Assembly (NCBI RefSeq): GCF_036321535.1
Contig: NC_087436.1
Span: 20,896,001 to 20,960,000, forward strand
DNA length: 64,000 nucleotides
Reading direction: 5' to 3'
Origin: Camelus dromedarius
Taxonomy: Eukaryota
Positions 13,070 through 25,126 of this stretch are shown one piece after another. The translations under genes were made by a program, and so were the position numbers. The notes under the pieces were generated by a model. That model was not told the origin of the DNA and ran no database searches. It worked only from the letters and a program-made list of their open reading frames with translations. How positions within the stretch are numbered: the stretch's first letter is position 1; each line of letters starts with the position of its first letter.

Positions 13070-14662
13070 CTGGAAAGCACGGAAGAGAAACAGAGACTCC
13101 CAGCCTAGAAGTCAAGGGACACACAGACCATTCCTAGCCTACTGACTCAGTATTTAACTGGGGACAAGTGGCTTAACTGTACTCAGATTCCTCAACCCTA
13201 AATTCAGATGAAAATAGCAATTAACATGTTTTCATGCCTTAAGCATCTCATCTAATAAGTTAGTGTCTTTCTGACCTAGAGAAGTGAAGTGACTTGTCCA
13301 AAGTCAAAAGTTCCTTAATGCCCAGGCAGGGAGGGCTTCTCAGCGTTTCTGCCTTGTAGCGCGGTGCTCTGTTTACTGACTGTCACCATGGCACTGCCCT
13401 GGTTGGAGGACAAGTTTTGAAGGAGTTGAAGTTTGCTTTTGTTGAGTATTCAGCTCAGCATTTTATGAAGTTATAGACCAATGTTTCTTTTTAAGGCAAA
13501 TGTTAAAAATATATAAATAAGCTGCTTCAGGCTTGCAAGTAAGCTTTGTAAACTTGAATTTCATCCTTGTTTAGAGGCTGACTCAGGCTGGATTTTATTC
13601 AAACTCCTGTTCTAGCGCCAAAGAAAAATGGCTCCCAAATGTTAGCCTCTCAACACTGGTGCTTCATCCTTGCCAAAAGGTCCTGAGATTTCAAAGATCC
13701 ATTCAGCTCTGAAGCGGAGAACAGTGACCTAGATACAGGAAAGCTCATGTTAAGTTCTCAAAGCCCATTTGCCCCTTTGTTTGTAAATCTCTTTGGAAGT
13801 TCAAGCTGTCTAAAATAGGTTTAAGTGTGTAGCCATCGATGTATGTTTATTTCCACCAAACAGCAGTAGGAATCTATCTTCAGCATCTTCAAGACCAAGT
13901 ACACGTTTCTCCTCTTTGCTGCTACAGGATCTAGCAGGCATCAGTCTTTAAAAGTCTAGTATTGTCTACACTGACAATCGGGAAATCCACTCCTCCTGGT
14001 ATTCTCCACAAGCTGGTAGGCAACACCTTGGCCACTTTGGTGTCTACACTGGTTGACTTGCCCCCCAATGTTGTACAGAATCCAATCAGCACTCTCAACA
14101 TGCTTGTTCCTTCAGTCTTGGAATCAATGCCTAGTCATCTCTCAAATTAATATTAGGCTCAGAGGTGTGTGCCACTGATAACTGATCTGTTGGCCACATG
14201 CTTCAAGTTTTCCGTATTTTTCCTCTGTAGTGAACATAATTGGCTGCGTCAACTCCCCACTTCTTCCTCCACAACAGAATCGTAATTGTCCCCAGAAATT
14301 CACCCCTATGTCATGTAGCCAAGTGTCTTCCAGGAAGATAACCCCTTGCCTCACCCCGCTACGCCAGTTTCAAGAATGGGACTGATTCATAAATTCAAAC
14401 TCTCCAGTTGCAGTGGACCAATTCAGAAATACACGTGGACATAAAGCACACACCTTACAGGCCAATGGGTAGGTCAGAAGTCAAGAATTAAATACCTGCA
14501 CAACTGCTAACAACAGGTGTTGATCAACATTAACACTCCATTCCTCTAGAGAGGCTTTTGTTCCTGACTTGAAAGGTCCTAAGAGGCCTCTACAGATTGT
14601 TCTCAGCCTATCAGTAAATTTTTATGGGGAATTCAAAGAATTTTTATCCTTGAATAACTCAC

Positions 14663-14842
14663 TTTGCCCAATTAGGTTTATATTTCATTTGTGGGCCGTG
14701 AAGAGGATGAAGATCTGAGCTGTTTGATGATACACGGTATGAGATCGGCAGGAGAGACTGCACTACAGATTCTGATACACTTCGAAAGGTAGGGGTTCCT
14801 GTACCTTAAAATTGCTGGAATCTGTCCAGGATATTGGGTCCA
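14663..14842 (-). pseudogene. 180-nt pseudo-exon (WTQYPGQIPAILRYRNPYLSKCIRICSAVSPADLIPCIIKQLRSSSSSRPTNEI*T*LGK)
   Basis: Long pyrimidine tract ending AA (apparent AG>AA loss), donor AAA|gtgagt, phase 0-0. Confidence 0.55.
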
Positions 14843-15165
14843 TTAAATGGGAAAAAATGTACAAAATAAATTAAATTGTAGAAAATTTAAAAATAAAAAT
14901 AAAGAAAGAGAGATAAAAATACCCATAGAAAGAGCCCAGTACAAACAGGAATAGTGATAGCAAAGCTGTCAGAGAAGAGCAAGGCTTTTTTGTGTACTTG
15001 TTTTGTTTTGTTGCATGTTTGGTGGAATGACATTTAAATGTCAAATATATAAAAGAAAACTCCATTTAATAGTATTAAGTGTTCTTTTTCCCCTGACAGT
15101 ATTCCCCTCACCCCTCTGGTCCTCCACCCCTTCCGGTTGTCCCGTTTGTCTGTAGGACTTTTTAC

Positions 15166-15357
15166 CTCAGGGTAGGAATGTGACAACAAAAGGCAGAGTG
15201 TTCTTTTTGCCTCTTTCTGGCTTTTGAGTTTCAAAACACTCAGGCTTTCAGTGAATGGAAAGGACTCACAGAGTGGATAAAATATTTTGGAGACGACATC
15301 GTGAGTCAGAGCAAATATTCCTCGTCCCTTATTTCTCACCCCACCCTGGGCCTCAGA
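15166..15357 (-). pseudogene. Fully open 192-nt pseudo-exon (SEAQGGVRNKGRGIFALTHDVVSKIFYPLCESFPFTESLSVLKLKSQKEAKRTLCLLLSHSYPE)
   Basis: Acceptor ttttgtttgccatcag, donor GAG|gtaaaa, phase 0-0, no stops. Confidence 0.68.
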
Positions 15358-15424
15358 CTGATGGCAAACAAAATCCTCAGGTGGAAAGGGAAAATGAGGA
15401 TCAGAGATAAGCTATGAGGAAAAG

Positions 15425-15934
15425 TTGGGTGGTTTTGAAACATGGCTCCAAAATTCTTCGACACTTCTCCCATGGACAGGTTGGGGTCTGTGTCTCCTTG
15501 CCTTGAGTCCGCATGGCCTCTGGTTTCTTTAACCAGCAGGGTAGGGCAGGAGTGACTTGTATGAGTTCTAAGACAGGCCATAAGAGGTAATGCAGCTTCT
15601 ACTTTATTTTCTAGAACATTGACTCTTAGTGCCAGGAACTGCCATGTAAGAATTCTGGCTACCCTGAGGTGGCCATGCTCTGAGGAAGCCAAGCCACACA
15701 GAGAGGCTATGGTGGAAGCTCCAGTCAGAAGGCTTTGTCTTTAAGTCAACCCAGCCTGGGCTCCAGACGGGAGTGAGTCTCCCCAGCTGAGGACCAGACA
15801 ACATGGCGCAGAGCCAGCATACCTGCTGTGCCCTGTCTGAATTCCTGACCCACCAAATTCTGTGAGATAATAAAAGCTTGTTTCAGCTGCTAAATTTTAA
15901 GCAAATTTGATATGAAGCAATAGTAATTGGAACA
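15425..15934 (+). mobile_element. MaLR solo LTR (MLT1G/H-like)
   Basis: Typical MLT1 body; end aattcctgacccaccaaa...gcaatagtaattggaaca. Confidence 0.78.
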
Positions 15935-16239
15935 GAGGAGGCTGCTTCCCTGTCTCCCCTATCTAGACTGTCCTTCCTCCTCTCACAATTGTACCCAGCA
16001 CTTCTGGTCCTCCTAACAAAATCCGACTCATCTATCAAGACCCAGCACCCAAATTATCTCATCTGTGAAAGTTTTGCCATCATGCCCAGGCCAGACAGAG
16101 GTAGCTAGTTCCTATTCAGTGCCCCAATAGCATTGTTTTCATGCTTCAGCTCTAATATGTCTCATAAAGTGCTGTAGTCATTTCTTGATATGCCTCTCAG
16201 AATTCTGAGCTCCTTCGGAGCAATACATCCATCCAGTGT

Positions 16240-17050
16240 GGTGTGGTGGTTGTTACAATACTAGTTCTCAATGAATCATGCCTCTCCATCTCCATGATCA
16301 TGGGCAGTTCTCCTGTAAGCTTGGCTATACGATTTGTTTGGGGTGATGGAACACTGGTAAATGTGATGCATGCAGAGGCTTTAAAAAGGCTTATGAAGTG
16401 GAGCTTGCCTTTCTTCTTGAAGAAGTCCAGGCTAGCATGCAGGAGACACGGGTCAGTGAGCCGTCAACACCAACTGTCAGACTTGTGAGAGAGGCCACCT
16501 GGTACTGGCCAGCTTCCACTGGACTTCCAGACTGACCCTGGAGACATGGAAGAGCCTAGCCAGTGTCTCGAGGAGAAGGGAAGAGCCATCTTAGCTGAGC
16601 CCTGTCCAATGTGCCAACACCCAGAGTGGCCTTTGTCCTAAGACACTGACACAGCTGACTAATTGCTCCAACAAGCAGTTAATGCATCTTAGTGACCCAA
16701 CACAGTGAAATTTACTTCTTGTTTAAGTCATAGTCCAATGTGGGCTGATGGTGATGGGAAGAATCTCCGTTCTACCCAGCCACTTGGGAACCCAGGCTCC
16801 CGTCTGCTTATGATTCCCCTCTCTCTGCTAGGTCCTTCGAGTCCCCTTCATTTATGTGGCAGATGGGAAAGAGAGAGATGTGGGAATCGTACAAGGGATA
16901 TATTTATAGGGCAGGTCTGAAAGAGGCACATAACACTTACCCTTTCATTCTGTTGGCCAGGATGTGGTAACGGAGAGTGGAAAATGCAGTCTAGCTGTGT
17001 GCCCTGAACAAAGAGGAGAACACAAATATTGGTAAGGATTTATGGTCACT
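16240..17050. mobile_element. MaLR LTR fragments
   Basis: tgtggtggttgttac start and MLT1-like internal motifs. Confidence 0.5.
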
Positions 17051-17245
17051 GACGCTGGCAGAAATGTTTTATTCCACTCTGTGTGTCCCTCAGTGCCTGG
17101 TACAATACCTGGCTTATAATAAATACTTCATAAACACCAACAGGATGAGTGGACAAATGAAATAGTCAGGGCTGCCGTAGTGCCTCACTTAGGACATGGA
17201 CTGAGAATGATACGTGAAAGGAACGTCTGTCTCATTTGGGCCTAC

Positions 17246-17299
17246 CTTCTCCTAAATCTTGGCATTCGTACCTGGTTTTATGCTAGAGCCTTCATCAAC
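17246..17299 (-). pseudogene. 54-nt pseudo-exon (VDEGSSIKPGTNAKI*EK)
   Basis: Acceptor gtgctttttag, donor AAG|gtaggc, phase 0-0. Confidence 0.6.
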
Positions 17300-17979
17300 C
17301 TAAAAAGCACGGCAAGGAATGGATGTAGATGTGTTACTGTGGCTGGATTCCTGATACTGAGATGATGCCAGAATAGCCTTCTCTTATCCTGCAATTTGTA
17401 AGACTATCAAATTTAAAAGAACAAATGGAAAGTGTACTTCAAGTTAAGTCTCTGATTCCCCAAATCTCTATGTGTGTGTGCATCATTAGTATACTATTCA
17501 ATCAAGCTACCAGTAACCTAAGCCCTTTTACGTGCAATAGGGTACAAATAATATAGTTTTTAAAATTTACACAATATAATTTTCACTGTATTGTATGATA
17601 CCATATAAACACACTGAACTGAAAAGCTAAAGAGAACTGCCTTCTAGTCTCTATTCTGTTATTAATCATTTAAATTTCTCTGGCTTAGTTCCTTGAGTCC
17701 CTACCAGCTATAAAATTCAAGAATTCTTTAAGTCTCTATCATAACACATATGTGAGAGGCACCCTTTATTTTTCTCTATACAGTGATCAAATCAAATAAA
17801 TATAGATCAAGCTTCTTCAATCAAACTTCAAAGAAGAGTCCCTTTTTTGTTTTCTTTTACCTGAGAAATCAGAATGCAGGGAAATAGACTACAAGGTGTA
17901 ATCTCTGAACACCAAGCATTCAGGTAGAGAAGATTAAATAGGCTCCAAGAAGCATTTAACAGATCATTAGGGCAGTTAC

Positions 17980-18192
17980 TCAGTCACGGGGTGGGACATG
18001 AGAGGATAACTGGCCGTCTTCTTTTGCTCCTTAATATCATCTTCAATGGTTGCCAGTTACTACTCACTCAAGTGTTTTAAGGCATGGTCTTTTCAAGTGC
18101 TCTATTTTGAAATACACACCTTCAGAGGGCTTGACTTAATCATTACCACCTTGGCCTGAGCATCTTTAGATGATCAAGTCCACCAGCAGGGG
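17980..18192 (-). pseudogene. Candidate pseudo-exon
   Basis: Acceptor actttctctaaag, donors gtgagt (about 18067) or gtaact; frame degraded. Confidence 0.35.
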
Positions 18193-18537
18193 CTTTAGAG
18201 AAAGTGACAGCAAGTGGGAAGGTTACTAACAGTGGTGGTTGTCTGCTTTGCAGCTAAGGGTCCTAAAGGGCCACCTGAGAGCTGGAGGCAGATCCTGGGT
18301 ACCAAAACGATGGCACCAGGACCATGCTTCTGGCTGTGCTATCCTCCAGAGAAAATTAAAACAGCAAGGATCACTGAGGCAAGTAGGAAGACCACACAGG
18401 TCACAGGCGAGCTTACTGGGCAAGCGGAAGGCAGAATACGGAGGCTATGCTTTTGGTTGGAATAAGGTATCATGGAATAGAGAGCAGAAAAGAAACCAAG
18501 AGTGGTACAAAGTGTGAGTGAAGGTGGCTGGACTTAT

Positions 18538-19147
18538 TCATTGATGCACTTGTCCTTCAGTGCATGTCCTAGATGTTTCCTCTTCAATGCTGCCCTTAAG
18601 CTATCTTAGAGCGCACTCTCTCAGCTTGCTTTTCAACACTATGACATTCACTTAGCAATTCAGTGGAAGGAGAGCGACCCAGTTAATTCAGGGAAAAGAA
18701 TAATTTACAGCATGGACGTGTGGTTTGTCTAAAGTTTTCACCTTTGGTGGGCTACTCTGATGTTGTTAGAGACAGGAGAATCCACCCCTGGGAATACGTG
18801 ACGTTAGGGACTCTTTGGACCATGTTGGTATCACTCGGAAATGAGAGTTCTTCCCTCACTTCCTCACTACTCAATTGCTTTTCAAAAGAATGCTACAGAA
18901 CAGATTAATGGTACATTGTTCTTCTGTAATTCTCTGGTTACTCTAACAGAGTCAGGGTAGATTTGAAGAGAAGAAATGCAAACCAGCTTGAGGCTGCACT
19001 GCCCAATTTGATCAAAACGAAATGCAACCATCGTGGGTTCGAGTTTGGTGGTCCAAAACACTGGAATGTTTCAAAGACATCTAAAATGCGATGCCAGTGT
19101 TGTTTTATTTGGTTTGGGGTTTGCTATCCCTTTATGTTAAACAGGAG
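18538..19147 (-). pseudogene. Candidate pseudo-exon (NIPVFWTTKLEPTMVAFRFDQIGQCSLKLVCISSLQIYPDSVRVTRELQKNNVPLICSV)
   Basis: Long open stretch; both splice sites appear mutated (acceptor ttttccaaa, donor ataagt). Confidence 0.45.
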
Positions 19148-19263
19148 TTTGGAAAAATTACACAAAAGACTCACTGTCTATTTTCATGCAGGCCTACATA
19201 CTAAGTAGCCAGTGTAACTGATAAAGGAAAACATCAAATACGGTGAACAAAGTCTCCACTCAC

Positions 19264-19603
19264 CTACCCCAGGAACTTAGAGGAAGCTGAAGATGAATCA
19301 GATCTGATCTTTATTTAGCAACCTACCTCACAGCAGCAACTCTCTCTGAGGCACTAGGTTCTGAGCCTTAGAACTGCACATAAAACAGATATTCGCCTGG
19401 ACCTCCCTGCAGCGACCCAGGTAATACCTGTGTTGAGTCCTTTGTGCATCAAGGGAACTCTCTTTGAGACTGGACCAAGGGTTGAATAACACCGTCCCGA
19501 TCTTCCTAAGGAAGATACAGGAACTAGACGCTGTCTTTGAACTCTGGAGAAATATTCCACTCTAATCCAGGTTTGGAGGAGGAGGAGAAGTTAAGTCCAG
19601 CAT
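19264..19603 (-). pseudogene. Pseudo-exon with chromo-shadow-like motif (QVLPGSLQGGPGEYLFYVQF*GSEPSASERVAAVR*VAK*RSDLI)
   Basis: Acceptor ttgccactctag, donor TAG|gtgagt, phase-1 start, several stops. Confidence 0.65.
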
Positions 19604-21182
19604 CTAGAGTGGCAAATTATACCTTTGTAATTCACCAAAACGTATTCTTCTAAGAGACTATTTTAAAAAGTTTTGTTTTGTTTGTGTAGCCCAGAGAGCA
19701 AAATACAGCATTGTCAGTCAAGACAGACTTCAAACTGCCTGTGCCCGTTAGAAACGTTTCATTAATAACATGTGTTTACCATTGAGAGAAGTAGACTTTG
19801 TGTGCTAAGATTTTGTTTGTCAGTCATTCACTGGAACCCCACTGTTAATAGCATACAATGGTTTGTGGTTATGCCACAATTTAACCCAGGTTTAAAAATA
19901 CAAACTAGAGCCCTGGTGGTCTAGAAGAAACAGGGAGTGAGTGAAGGTATTGGCTCAACCTGCTTTGTGGGCTGGTGGCTTGGAATGCTTTACAAACTAA
20001 TCAAATTTATTGACTATGATCCTGAGTTAAAAAAAAAATCACATGCTGGGGTGTGCATCCTGGTTTGACTGCAGTTTGGTGAGGTTCTGAATGTCTGAAG
20101 GGGGAAACAAGGCAACTATTTGGCATTCCTTTCCCCAAAGACAAATTAGAAACAGATATCACAGAATATGAGAAGGTTTTTTTTTTTCCAGCAGTCTAAT
20201 AAGAAAAAGAGATTTTGCTCTATAGTTTTAATTCTACTGTATGTTAAGGATAAGTAAACAGAATTAATATTGTACTAGGCTGAACAGGCAATGAAATTTC
20301 TATTAATTCAGTAGTTGGAGCGGCAAGTGATCTAAAGGCAGCCCAGGAAAAAAGAATGGACTTTACATGTGATTTCAGTTTACCTACCGAGGACTGGCTG
20401 CAGGTAACCTGGGATTAAACACTGCTTGCTTCATATGCACTTACAGCAGATATATAACCCAAAGGGAGGAAATTTTACATTTTGCACAGATCTACGTGTA
20501 AAATGTCCATTTAAAATACAGCAAGACATAGCTATCTACAGTAATGGATAGAAAATGCCTTTGTGTTTAATGAGCCACCTCAGTTATGCAGAAGCACATG
20601 AACTATAAAGAGTTGTTACATGATGTGTTTATGAAATCTCATAGTCATGGAAATAGCACCATGATCCTAAACATTTGTGAAATCTTATATCACATGGGCT
20701 TAAAACCAATTTTCCAGTTGCTTACAATGTATCCTTTTAAAAATATTTGCATTTCAAAAATAAAACAAGATCACATTGAGAGAAAATTAAACCCATAAAA
20801 AAATTAGAGGAGGCCGTCCTTCAGTTATCTGTTTACACATTCTGAGAGGAGAGATTTGGTACTTTAAAACTTTTTAATGTCTTGAGTTTGTTTTCCTTTC
20901 TTTTATCACTTTTTTTTTTTTTTAAAGAAAAAGAACATATCTAGAGGGAAGTTTTTACTACAAAAAGATTCATTTTCCAAGTTCCAAGTGCATAGAAAAT
21001 GAAGAATAAGAGGCAACATCTATTAAACTCACACTTCACATTTTCAAAAACCGAAGTCCACAAGTACAGATAGCACATGTGCTACACGTGCAGCAATATT
21101 CTAGGAACAACGAAGGCCGGTCAAGATCAACACAACTGGATCTACGTTTAAGGAGCTGACGATTAGCCGAGGATACAAACAC

Positions 21183-21342
21183 CTAATGGTTCGTAAAACA
21201 AATCTTTCCCCGTCTGTCAGCGTAACACTGGGATCTCTTATTTTTACTCCTATAGGATTCTTGGAGGTATTTTCTTTGATAACGTGTTTGTTTATTTGTT
21301 TTTACAAACACTTTGTGTATAACAAAGTTTTTCTGTAATTAA
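21183..21342 (-). pseudogene. Pseudo-exon with PxVxL motif (NYRKTLLYTKCL*KQINKHVIKENTSKNPIGVKIRDPSVTLTDGERF)
   Basis: Acceptor tgtttccgtcacag, weak donor gtgttt, one stop. Confidence 0.5.
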
Positions 21343-21629
21343 CTGTGACGGAAACACAAAAAGAGCACAAATAATGTTTAGGGTCATAGGCCCTTTCTCC
21401 AGGGACGTGAGGAGGCAGCAGGTACAGATGATGAAGCAGAGGTCTGCTCAGAGTGAAGCGCAATCTAGCTGCACGATCCCCAACATCAGACGGAAGGAAC
21501 ATCTTTTAGAAACCAAGTCCTCTGCCTAAACCCTGCCCAGACCACAATACAGTCAGCTTTCAGCCTAAAGCTGGTCTGCCAGGAAACAGCATTTTGAGGT
21601 TATAAAATGGTTAATAATATGAGAATAAT

Positions 21630-22612
21630 CTATTCAAACAACTCAATAGAAAAAACAAACAACCCAGTCAAAAAAAGGGCAGAAGACCTGAAAAGACATT
21701 TTTCCAAATAAGACATACAGATGGTTAATAGGCACATGAAAATATGCTCTACACTGGTAATTATTAGAGAAATGCTCCAAACAACAGTGAGATAATCACT
21801 TCACACTAGTCAGAATGGCCATCATCAAAAAGTCTACAAATAACAAATGTTGGTGAGGATGTGGAGAAAAAGGAACTCTTGTACATCATTGACAGGAATG
21901 TAAATTGGTGCAGCCATGGTGGAAAACAGTATAGAGGTTCCTCAAAAAACTAAAAACTACCACATAATCCAGCAATTCCACTCCTGGGCATATATCTAGA
22001 AAAATGAAAACACTCATTTGAAAAGATATATACACCCCCAATGTTCATAGCAGTGCTATTTATAATAGCCAAGATATGGAAGCAGCCTAAATGTCCAATG
22101 ACAGATGACTGGATAAAGAAGATGTGGTGTATATACATATACAATGGGACATTACTCAGCCATAAAAAAGAATGAAATTCTGCCATTTGCAGCAACATGG
22201 ATGGATCTACAAAACATTATGCTTAGTGAATTAAGTCAGACAGAGAAAGACAAGTACTGTATGTTATCACTTAAATGTGGAATCTAAAAATTAAAACAAA
22301 TAAATATATGTAGCAAAACAGAAACAGACTCACAGATATAGAAAACAAACTAGTGCCTACCAGTGGGGAGAGAGAAGGGAAGAGGGGCAAGATAGGAGTG
22401 GGTGATTAAGAGTTACAAATTACTATGTATAAAATAGACAAGCCACAATGATCTACTGTACAACACAGGGAATTATAGCTATTTTTTGCAGAATGGAGAA
22501 TAATCTATAAAATCTCTTTTAATGGAGAATAATCTATAAAAATATGGAATCACTCTGCTGTACACCTGAAATAAATATAATATTGCAAATCAACTATACT
22601 TCAATAAAAAAT
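21630..22612 (+). mobile_element. 5'-truncated L1 (ORF2 C-terminus and 3'UTR)
   Basis: Canonical L1 ORF2 3' sequence and ctatacttcaataaaaa tail. Confidence 0.92.
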
Positions 22613-22619
22613 TTTAAAA

Positions 22620-23410
22620 TCAAATTAAGAACTTCTGTTCCTCAGAAGACAACATTAAGATAGTGAAAGAGTGGGAGAAGATAATTATCTAGAGCATATA
22701 AAGAACGCCTAAAAATAAGTAAGAAAAATGCAGACAACTCAGTAGAGAAATGGCTTAAATGGCTTAAAAGACTTGAACAGGTACTTCATAAAGGGGGTAT
22801 CAACATACTCAAACATGCTTTGCTCATTAGTCACCAAGAAAATGAAAAGTAAACCACAACATAATACCATTAAACACCCAACAGACTAAACTCACTCTCT
22901 CTCTCTCTCTCAAAAACACATACTTGAATTTGCCGAAAGACTTAACTGGAATGTTCATAGCAGTGCTATTTGTAATAGCCCCAAACCAAACTGGATGTTA
23001 TCCAGATGTCTATCAGCGGTAGAGTGTATACATAAATTGTGACATATTTACTCAATGGAATTTTATACAGCATTGAGAATGAACGGTCTACAGGTGTATG
23101 CAACAATAGGGTAAATCTTGCAAAAAAAAATTCAGGAAAAATGCTGGATACAAAAAGTACCTACTGTACGATTCCATTTGTATAAATTACAAGAAGAGGG
23201 AAAAGTAAGCTATGCTGTTAGAATTCAGGATAGTGGTTAATCTCATGACTAGAAAGGAAGATGGGAGGGTTTCTAGGGTGGTGGCTAGGTTTGTTTTTGA
23301 TCTGGGTGCTAGTTTAACAAGTCTGTTCAGTTTGTGAAAAATTCATCAAGGGATATGCATTAAGATAAACACACATTTCCCTATACGTATTTTATATCCA
23401 TAAGAAGTTT
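22620..23410 (+). mobile_element. Older L1M fragment
   Basis: Degenerate ORF2 end and L1MC/ME-type 3'UTR motifs. Confidence 0.7.
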
Positions 23411-23560
23411 TAGAAATAGCTCTGTCTTTTCAGTTCATGTTGCTTAGGAAAACGGTTTTGATACAGCTTCTATATTATCAAAGTAATAATCATGAAAGAT
23501 AAGCCTGATGTTTGACAGAGTCAGACATATGGACTTCCGGTTCATTTCTTCCCTAACCAG

Positions 23561-23670
23561 CTTCCTTCCTTCCTTCCTTCCTTCCTTCCTTCCTTCCTTC
23601 CTTCCTTCCTTCCTTCCTTCCTTCCCTCCTTCCTCCCTCCTTGTCTCCCTCCTTCCCTTCTTTCTTTCAT
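23561..23670 (+). repeat. (TTCC)n microsatellite
   Basis: Visible tandem tract. Confidence 0.95.
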
Positions 23671-24818
23671 TTATTTACTCAATGAGAGAGCAACAGTAAA
23701 CAAATTTTGTCTAATTCTGGGAAACAACATTGCACCAGCTTCCTATGTAGCTCAGTGTAACTCGTTAGTCTTTCATTTACTAGCTGCTGTTTTAAGCCAT
23801 GAAGAAGAGAAGGTTAAGCCCTGTGGTGAGCCATAGGACAGAGAAGCAGGGCTGGAGTATAAACATTTTCTGCCTGTCTCTACAACTCAGTGAGGAGACC
23901 AGGAGAATACCGTTGTCCCATAAGGAGCCCTTGACACATTAACGCAGGGAATCTACCAAGTTCATGCTTTCTTTCTCAACAGACCTACTTAATCTGCACA
24001 AAGATGAGTCATAATTCCTTTCAATGAAAGGCATGGCCTGAGTATCAGAAAATGAATACACTTCTTTTCAAGGTTTGTAACAAGTAGCCACGAAACAAAC
24101 TGGACAGAGTGTCTACTACACTATCATTACTTAACCTGACAGCCTGGCTCTAGGGGGCACCCCGAATAGCTAAGCCCAGTGAGCTCAACCACATTTCAAG
24201 GAAAAGCATTCCTATGTCCTTAATCCCTGAAAGCACAAGACATAATAGCAAGGGGGCAGAGTCAGTTTGGCCTGATTGGGGATTTCCTACTACCTGTAAA
24301 AGTTTTTACTCACAAATTCTTCCCACTTGGCTTTTTTGAGTGAGTAAGTAGGGACCAGTTTACACATACAAAAGGCAAAAGAGTTCTATTGATTTCTTTT
24401 GGGAGATTACTCTTTAAAGAGTTCTATAAAACTAGACATTGGAAATTTGAAAAATTAGAAATATCTTTGACATTTCCTCTAGTCCAAAATGACTGCAAAA
24501 CTGTTTCAAGATTTCCATCAAATCCTTATTACCTAAAGTTTCACTCAGCTATTTACAAATACAGGTAATACAGATATGAAAGCAAACCCTAAATTCACAG
24601 TGATTTAATCTAACAGAAGTTTATTTTCACTCATTTGAAATGCTGGTGTTCCACCTTGGTGTAGTGGTGTCTTTCCTCCACACTGTGATTCAGAGACTCC
24701 AACTCCGTCCACCTTTTAGACCCACCACGCCCAGGACCTTATCACCATTACCCACACTGAGCTGAAGGAAAGGGGAGAAGTGTAGAAGGCATACCTGCTA
24801 TTTAAAAAGCCAACTCTG

Positions 24819-25025
24819 TTTTGTTCCATTGTATATATATTACCACATCTTCTTTATCCAACCTGTCGACGGACATTTAGATTGTTTCCATGTTTTCGCT
24901 GTTGTAAATAGTGCTTCTATGAACACTGGGGTGCATGTATCTTTTCCAATTAGAGTTTTCTCCAGATATATGCAGAACTACATTCAATATCTTGTAATAA
25001 CCTATAATGGAAAAAAACTAAAAAG

Positions 25026-25057
<32 letters not shown>

Positions 25058-25126
25058 ACTGAATCACTATGCTGTACACCAAAAACTAACACAAATTATA
25101 AATCAACTAAACTTTAACAACAACAA
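24819..25126 (+). mobile_element. 5'-inverted (twin-primed) short L1 inside an MaLR-like LTR
   Basis: Antisense L1 piece 24819 to about 24972, then sense 3'UTR; TSD aaaaagccaactctg at 24804-24818 and 25127-25141. Confidence 0.85.

Noticed and set aside
15310..15340. NKGRGIFAL as the start of a SET domain
   Set aside because: No downstream SET motifs (RFINHSC, ELxxDY) were found.
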